Source: Myxococcota bacterium
GTDB lineage: Bacteria; Myxococcota; Myxococcia; Myxococcales; Myxococcaceae
DNA: 64,000 nt
Assembly (NCBI GenBank): GCA_049322255.1
Contig: JBMORE010000144.1
Coordinates: 1-64,000, forward strand
Reading direction: 5' to 3'
Below, piece by piece: positions 59,535 through 64,000 of this stretch. The notes beneath the pieces were generated by a model. The model did no database searches and was not told where the DNA came from. It saw only the letters and a program-made list of their open reading frames with translations. Every line of letters begins with the position of its first letter. Within the stretch, counting starts at the first letter, position 1. The translations under genes and the position numbers were made by a program.

Positions 59535-61268
59535 GTGCGCGCCGGCTTCACTGCGCTGCTCGTCCTTTTCGCGCAAGCAGCCTTCGCCGACGTCGGTTAC
59601 GAGGAACGCCTGGTGCAGTGGGCGCTGAACCTGCACCAGCGCGAGCTCGAGCCGAGCCCCGAGGGAAAAACCCTCGAGGAGGTGCTGATCGCCTCCGAGG
59701 AGGTCTTCGCCCCCAGCGACCCCTACCCCTCGTGGTTCAACGCGGTGCACATGCGCACCCGCGAGGTGGTCATTCGCCGCGAGCTTTTGTTCGCCCAAGG
59801 GGAGGCGTTCGACTCCAAGAAAGTCGCCGAGACCGAGCGCAACCTACGCAGCCTCTTCATCTTCTCCATCGCCAAGGTTTTGCCGGTGAAGGGCAAGCGA
59901 GGCGGAGTGGCGCTGCTCGTCGTCACCCAGGACCGCTGGAGCCTGCGCCTCAACAGCGAATTCAACGTCGTCGGTCCGCTGCTCCAGTTCTTGCGGCTTC
60001 GGCCGACCGAGCAGAACTTCCTCGGGCTCAATCAGCAGGTCTTGCTCGACCTGGTGCTACGGCTCGACACCCTGTCGGTGGGTCAGCTCTACCAGGACCG
60101 GCGCTTCCTAGGCAGCGAGCTTTCTTTTGGCGAGACGGCGGCGATCATCCTCAACCGGCAGACGGGCGAACCAGAGGGTTCGGCGGGCGCGGTGGTGCTG
60201 GGCAAGCCGCTCTTTCATTTGGAGTCGCGCTGGGGGTTCTCGGTGGGCGCCGACTGGAGCGTGCGCACCCGCCGCATCTTCCGCGGGGCCGAGGTGTGGC
60301 AACTGCCCTACCCGAACGAAGAAGCCCCCCTCTCCCAGGTGCCCTACATCTATCTGCAGCGGGTCGCGGGCTGGAACGCGCTCTACACCCGTTCCTTCGG
60401 GCGCGCGCTGAAAGCCGACGTGAGCGCCGGCGTGGGCGGCTTCTTTCGCCGCTACGCGCCGCCGTTGGCCTTGGGGCTCGACCCAGCCCAGAGCGCCTGG
60501 TTCGCCTCCGAGTACTTGCCTCGCAGCGAGGACGCGAGCTTTTTGCAGGCATCGGTGGCGGCCTACGTGCCGGACTACCGGGTCTTACGTGACGTGGACA
60601 CGTTCGAGCTTTCCGAAGACGTTCAGGTTGGCCCCTCGGCGTACCTCGCCGCGCGCTGGGCGCACCCGGCGTTTTTCTCTCCCTCGCGCTTTGTCGAGCT
60701 CGGCGCCCGCCTGCGTTACCAACTGCTCGCCGCCGACGACCTCGCCACCCTGACCGTTGCGGGAGCGAGTCGTTACCTTCCCGGCGAGGCGCGGTGGGTC
60801 AATCAGCGTCTCGCCGCCGAGGTGAAGAACGTCACGCCGCAGACTTTTCTCGGCCGGCTGGTGACACGGGCGGTGGTGGACCTGACGCGCGAGCGGCTCG
60901 ACAACCGCCAGGCGCTGCTCGGCGGAGGCAACGGTTTGCGCGGCGCTGCTCCCGAATCGCTCGCCGGGCGGAACTACTTTCTCGCCAACGTGGAATGGCG
61001 CAGCCGCTCCTTCGAGGTGAAGACGCTCTTCTTGGGGCTGGTGCTCTTCTATGACACCGGCTCAGCATGGGACGTGGCGCCGGCCTTCACCCACACCGTG
61101 GGCGCCGGCCTTCGGCTACTCATCCCGCAGTTCAATCAAGAGACCATTCGCGTCGACGTGGGCTGGGTGCTCAGTCAGCCTGCTGGTTTCTCCATCGACC
61201 GGTTCAGCGGAAGTTTCGGCCAAGTCACCGACTACCGCCCGGCCTTCCTCGATCAGCCGCTCGAGTAA
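59535..61268 (+). CDS. BamA/TamA-like outer-membrane protein (POTRA plus beta-barrel)
   Basis: Signal peptide, TREVVIRRELLF..GE...ETERNLR (POTRA), LGGGNGLRG, FYDTG, VGAGLR. GTG start at 59535. Confidence 0.75.
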   Translation: MRAGFTALLVLFAQAAFADVGYEERLVQWALNLHQRELEPSPEGKTLEEVLIASEEVFAPSDPYPSWFNAVHMRTREVVIRRELLFAQGEAFDSKKVAETERNLRSLFIFSIAKVLPVKGKRGGVALLVVTQDRWSLRLNSEFNVVGPLLQFLRLRPTEQNFLGLNQQVLLDLVLRLDTLSVGQLYQDRRFLGSELSFGETAAIILNRQTGEPEGSAGAVVLGKPLFHLESRWGFSVGADWSVRTRRIFRGAEVWQLPYPNEEAPLSQVPYIYLQRVAGWNALYTRSFGRALKADVSAGVGGFFRRYAPPLALGLDPAQSAWFASEYLPRSEDASFLQASVAAYVPDYRVLRDVDTFELSEDVQVGPSAYLAARWAHPAFFSPSRFVELGARLRYQLLAADDLATLTVAGASRYLPGEARWVNQRLAAEVKNVTPQTFLGRLVTRAVVDLTRERLDNRQALLGGGNGLRGAAPESLAGRNYFLANVEWRSRSFEVKTLFLGLVLFYDTGSAWDVAPAFTHTVGAGLRLLIPQFNQETIRVDVGWVLSQPAGFSIDRFSGSFGQVTDYRPAFLDQPLE

Positions 61269-61270
61269 CG

Positions 61271-63394
61271 TTAGGGAAGGGTCGCCGCGTACAACCCGTC
61301 GCGCTGGCTGTCCGGGTAGGCGCCAGACCGGCGCACGTAAACCACGGTGCGCGAGTTGCCGGTCGTCGGCGCAAGCATATTGGTGACCGCCAAGTCGAGC
61401 GTCAGCGCTTGCGATGGCGGACCACCGATGGGCAAGTGGTAGAGGGTGCTGGTGTTCGTCTGCCGGGTCAGCACCCCGGAGCCCGACGGCAGCAACACCG
61501 GCGTCGTCCAGGAAGAGCCGGAGGGGGGGCTGATGGCGACGGGTTGCGCTCCCGGCTTCACCGAATAGATGCTCCCCGCGCTCAGGATGAAAGTCGACCC
61601 GTCGGGCGCGATGTTTGGGTACCAGGTGTCCACCCCCGTCGCCAGCAGCCCGGAGGTGCCCCCCACCGGCAGGACATGAAGCGCGCTCGGCGTACAGGTG
61701 CGGTAGTAGAGATTTGCGCCACCGTCGTCCAGGCGAGGAGTGCCGCACAGACCGGTGTTGGGCAACAAGGTGGTCGTTCCTGAGCCGTTGAGCATGATGC
61801 GTAGATAGTTGCCGCCCGAGAATGTCAGCACGGAGCTCGTGGTCGCCTGATAGATGGGAAAGAAGCCCAGCCCCAGCGGGGTGGGGGCAAACACCGGGCT
61901 GGTGGCGGCTTGAAGCTCCACTCCGCTTCCGAAGTTTCCCGTGTAGACAACGGTCTTCGAATCGGTGGACCAAACCTGCAAGTTGGTGACCCCGCTGGCC
62001 TGAACGGTGACTGGAGCCCCCCCGCTCATGGGGACAACCTTGAGCGCGCCTGTGTCGATGAACGCCACGCTCGTTCCATCTGGGGAGGCGAGGCGGGTGG
62101 GACAGAGCGTGAGGTTGGAAAGAAGGGTGTTGACCGCCGAACCGGCCACCTGGACCGACACCATCGAGTAGGTGAAGGGCGCCGTTGCGGTCTCACGCCG
62201 GCACACCAGCCAGCTCGTCCCATGGAATGAGAAACCAGCCACCCCTTCTCCGCCGATGGCCAGCGACCCTCCGGGCCCGCCGGCCACCGGCGCCCAGCGT
62301 ACTTCGGAGCCCGAGGTCGCGCTCCACAAGTAGGTGGCGTATGCGCCGTCGGAGGTGAGGGAGGGGGCGGTGCCGACGTAAGGAAGCTCCACCGAGGCCA
62401 CGCCCGAACCCGAAGGGCTCACGCTGCGAAAGCTGTAGGAGGAGTCGAGGAAGAAGACGCGCGAGCCGTCCGGGGTCAGCTGCGGGTTCATCGCCGCCAA
62501 CGGAGCTTCGGCGATTCGCCGCCCCACACGAAGCTGGAGGTTGGGCGCCATGACGTCGGGTCCGGTCACCACCACGTCACGCAGGATGTCGTCCCCCATC
62601 CCCGCGGCCGAACCCACCAAGGTATAGACGCCTGCAGGGACGCTGGGGATGGAGTAGGTGCCATTGGTGGCGGTGGTGGTCGAGAATTCGGTGCCCATCA
62701 GCCTCACCGTGATGCCCGAGTGGTCGGTTCGACCCAAGAGAGTGGCGACGCCCCGCAGGGTGGCCGTCGCGCCACTCAGCGCCCGGGTCAGTGTCGCGGT
62801 GGGTGCGGTCTCGGTCTGGCCGAAGCTGACCACCACCGTGACTTTGGCCGGGGTGTAGCCCTCGGCGGTGACGAGCAAATCCGCCGGGCTGGCGGGAACG
62901 CCGTCGAGCGTATAGTTGCCCAAGACATCGGTGGACGTCGCCGCGGAGTGTCCCGCCACGCGCACGATGGCGCCTTCTTGAGTGGTGGCCCCCTCGAGAA
63001 TCACCTGGCCGCGCACGCTGCCCACCGCCGTCAGGTTGATGGTCCCCTTCTCCACCTGCCCTCCAGCCACCACGGCGGAGAGCGTGGCTCGCTCGGCAAT
63101 CGAGCCGGTGAAGCTGATGACGTAGGCCCCATCGGGCAGGTTCTTGACGAGAAACTCCCCGTTGGAGCTGCTCGCCGCCGACGCCACGACCGGGCCTGCG
63201 GCGTGCACGATGATGCCCGCAGCGCTGTTGGCGCCCTGCAAAACAATCTGTCCGTGGATGCTTCCGGGTGCCTCGCACCGGCCGTTCACGGCCGTGAACC
63301 CCTCGTCGCACGTCAGGCCGCCGCCGCACGCGAAGAGTGAAGCGATGGTGCTGGTGAAAACACCGACGACCAAGACCCGTAGTGGTGATGCCAT
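61271..63394 (-). CDS. Lipoprotein with three carboxypeptidase-regulatory-like domains and a TolB-like propeller
   Basis: Lipobox LFAC, GSIHGQI/GSVRGQV/ATLRGVA repeats, (T/S/A)PDG blade motifs. Confidence 0.75.
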   Translation of the reverse strand: MASPLRVLVVGVFTSTIASLFACGGGLTCDEGFTAVNGRCEAPGSIHGQIVLQGANSAAGIIVHAAGPVVASAASSSNGEFLVKNLPDGAYVISFTGSIAERATLSAVVAGGQVEKGTINLTAVGSVRGQVILEGATTQEGAIVRVAGHSAATSTDVLGNYTLDGVPASPADLLVTAEGYTPAKVTVVVSFGQTETAPTATLTRALSGATATLRGVATLLGRTDHSGITVRLMGTEFSTTTATNGTYSIPSVPAGVYTLVGSAAGMGDDILRDVVVTGPDVMAPNLQLRVGRRIAEAPLAAMNPQLTPDGSRVFFLDSSYSFRSVSPSGSGVASVELPYVGTAPSLTSDGAYATYLWSATSGSEVRWAPVAGGPGGSLAIGGEGVAGFSFHGTSWLVCRRETATAPFTYSMVSVQVAGSAVNTLLSNLTLCPTRLASPDGTSVAFIDTGALKVVPMSGGAPVTVQASGVTNLQVWSTDSKTVVYTGNFGSGVELQAATSPVFAPTPLGLGFFPIYQATTSSVLTFSGGNYLRIMLNGSGTTTLLPNTGLCGTPRLDDGGANLYYRTCTPSALHVLPVGGTSGLLATGVDTWYPNIAPDGSTFILSAGSIYSVKPGAQPVAISPPSGSSWTTPVLLPSGSGVLTRQTNTSTLYHLPIGGPPSQALTLDLAVTNMLAPTTGNSRTVVYVRRSGAYPDSQRDGLYAATLP

Positions 63395-63424
63395 CGAGCT
63401 CTCCTGGGGGATGGGAGCGCTACC

Positions 63425-64000
63425 CTACATGGAGATGGAGCCCTTGCGGAACTCCGTGCGCGCGATGTGGGCGTTGATGCACACCGGCTTGCCGCTTCGG
63501 GCAATCTCCTTGGCTCGGTCGAGGGTGGCGTCGATTTTCTCCGGGTCGTCGAGCAAGAGCCCCTTGCCGCCGTAGCCTTCGGCCACCTGGTGGTAGTCGC
63601 AGCGGCGCAGCACCGTGCCCACGTCGTCGCCCAGAATCTCCACTTGGTCGCGGGCAATCTGCGCCCAGGAACCGTCGTTGCCAATCACCGCGATGGGCGC
63701 CAGCCCATGCCGAGCGAAGGTGTCGAGCTCGGCCAAGCTGAAGGCCGACGAGCCGTCGCCCCAGATGAGCCACAGCTCCTTGCCCGGCCGCACCAGCGCC
63801 GCACCGGTGGCGAAGCCGCCGCCTGCGCCCAGGGTGCCGAACACCCCGGCATCGAGCCATGACAGCGGTGCGCGGGGCCGCAAGATGTAGGAGCCGGTGG
63901 CCACGAAGTCGCCTCCGTCCACCACCAGCACGGCGTCGTCGGAGAGCTTCTCCTCCAGCCGGAGGAAAAAGTGCAGCGGGTTGATGGGCCCTGGACCCTG
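63425..64000 (-). CDS. C-terminal part of a thiamine-diphosphate enzyme (acetolactate synthase-like / ILVBL-type acyloin lyase family); 5' end lies outside the window
   Basis: DGGDFVATGSY, WLDAGVFGTLG.GGGFA, GDGS...GND ThDP motif. The frame stays open to base 64000. Confidence 0.88.
   Translation of the reverse strand, partial: QGPGPINPLHFFLRLEEKLSDDAVLVVDGGDFVATGSYILRPRAPLSWLDAGVFGTLGAGGGFATGAALVRPGKELWLIWGDGSSAFSLAELDTFARHGLAPIAVIGNDGSWAQIARDQVEILGDDVGTVLRRCDYHQVAEGYGGKGLLLDDPEKIDATLDRAKEIARSGKPVCINAHIARTEFRKGSISM

Overview
GC-rich (roughly 68-70% by eye), densely coding bacterial chromosome fragment, most likely from Myxococcota: it has MYXO-CTERM-like tails, many lipoproteins, Ser/Thr kinases, FHA/PilZ proteins and sigma54-type promoters. 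It comes from a draft or metagenomic assembly with one 100-N scaffold gap. Recognisable content: a bioB-F-A-D operon with a BirA-type operator; GTP-dependent PEP carboxykinase plus a GDPD; a ~7.7 kb surface-protein gene split by a G17 tract; a FecR/PilZ/FHA/tandem-kinase cluster; a group 3b [NiFe] hydrogenase operon with protease and hypA-F-C-D-E but no hypB; a three-lipoprotein operon built around a PHM/DBH-like copper monooxygenase; a PPi-type phosphofructokinase; M49 and M28 peptidases; Uma2; kup; a BamA/TamA-like protein; and a partial ThDP enzyme. I found no rRNA, tRNA, CRISPR array, transposase or integrase. The most striking unexplained structure is a 33-bp element, CCCTCTCCC-N3-GGGAGAGGG-N3-GGGTGAGGG, found six times and always inside protein-coding genes (bioD, the hydrogenase gamma subunit, hypF x4) without breaking the reading frame. 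All family assignments come from motif recognition by eye; no database searches were run.
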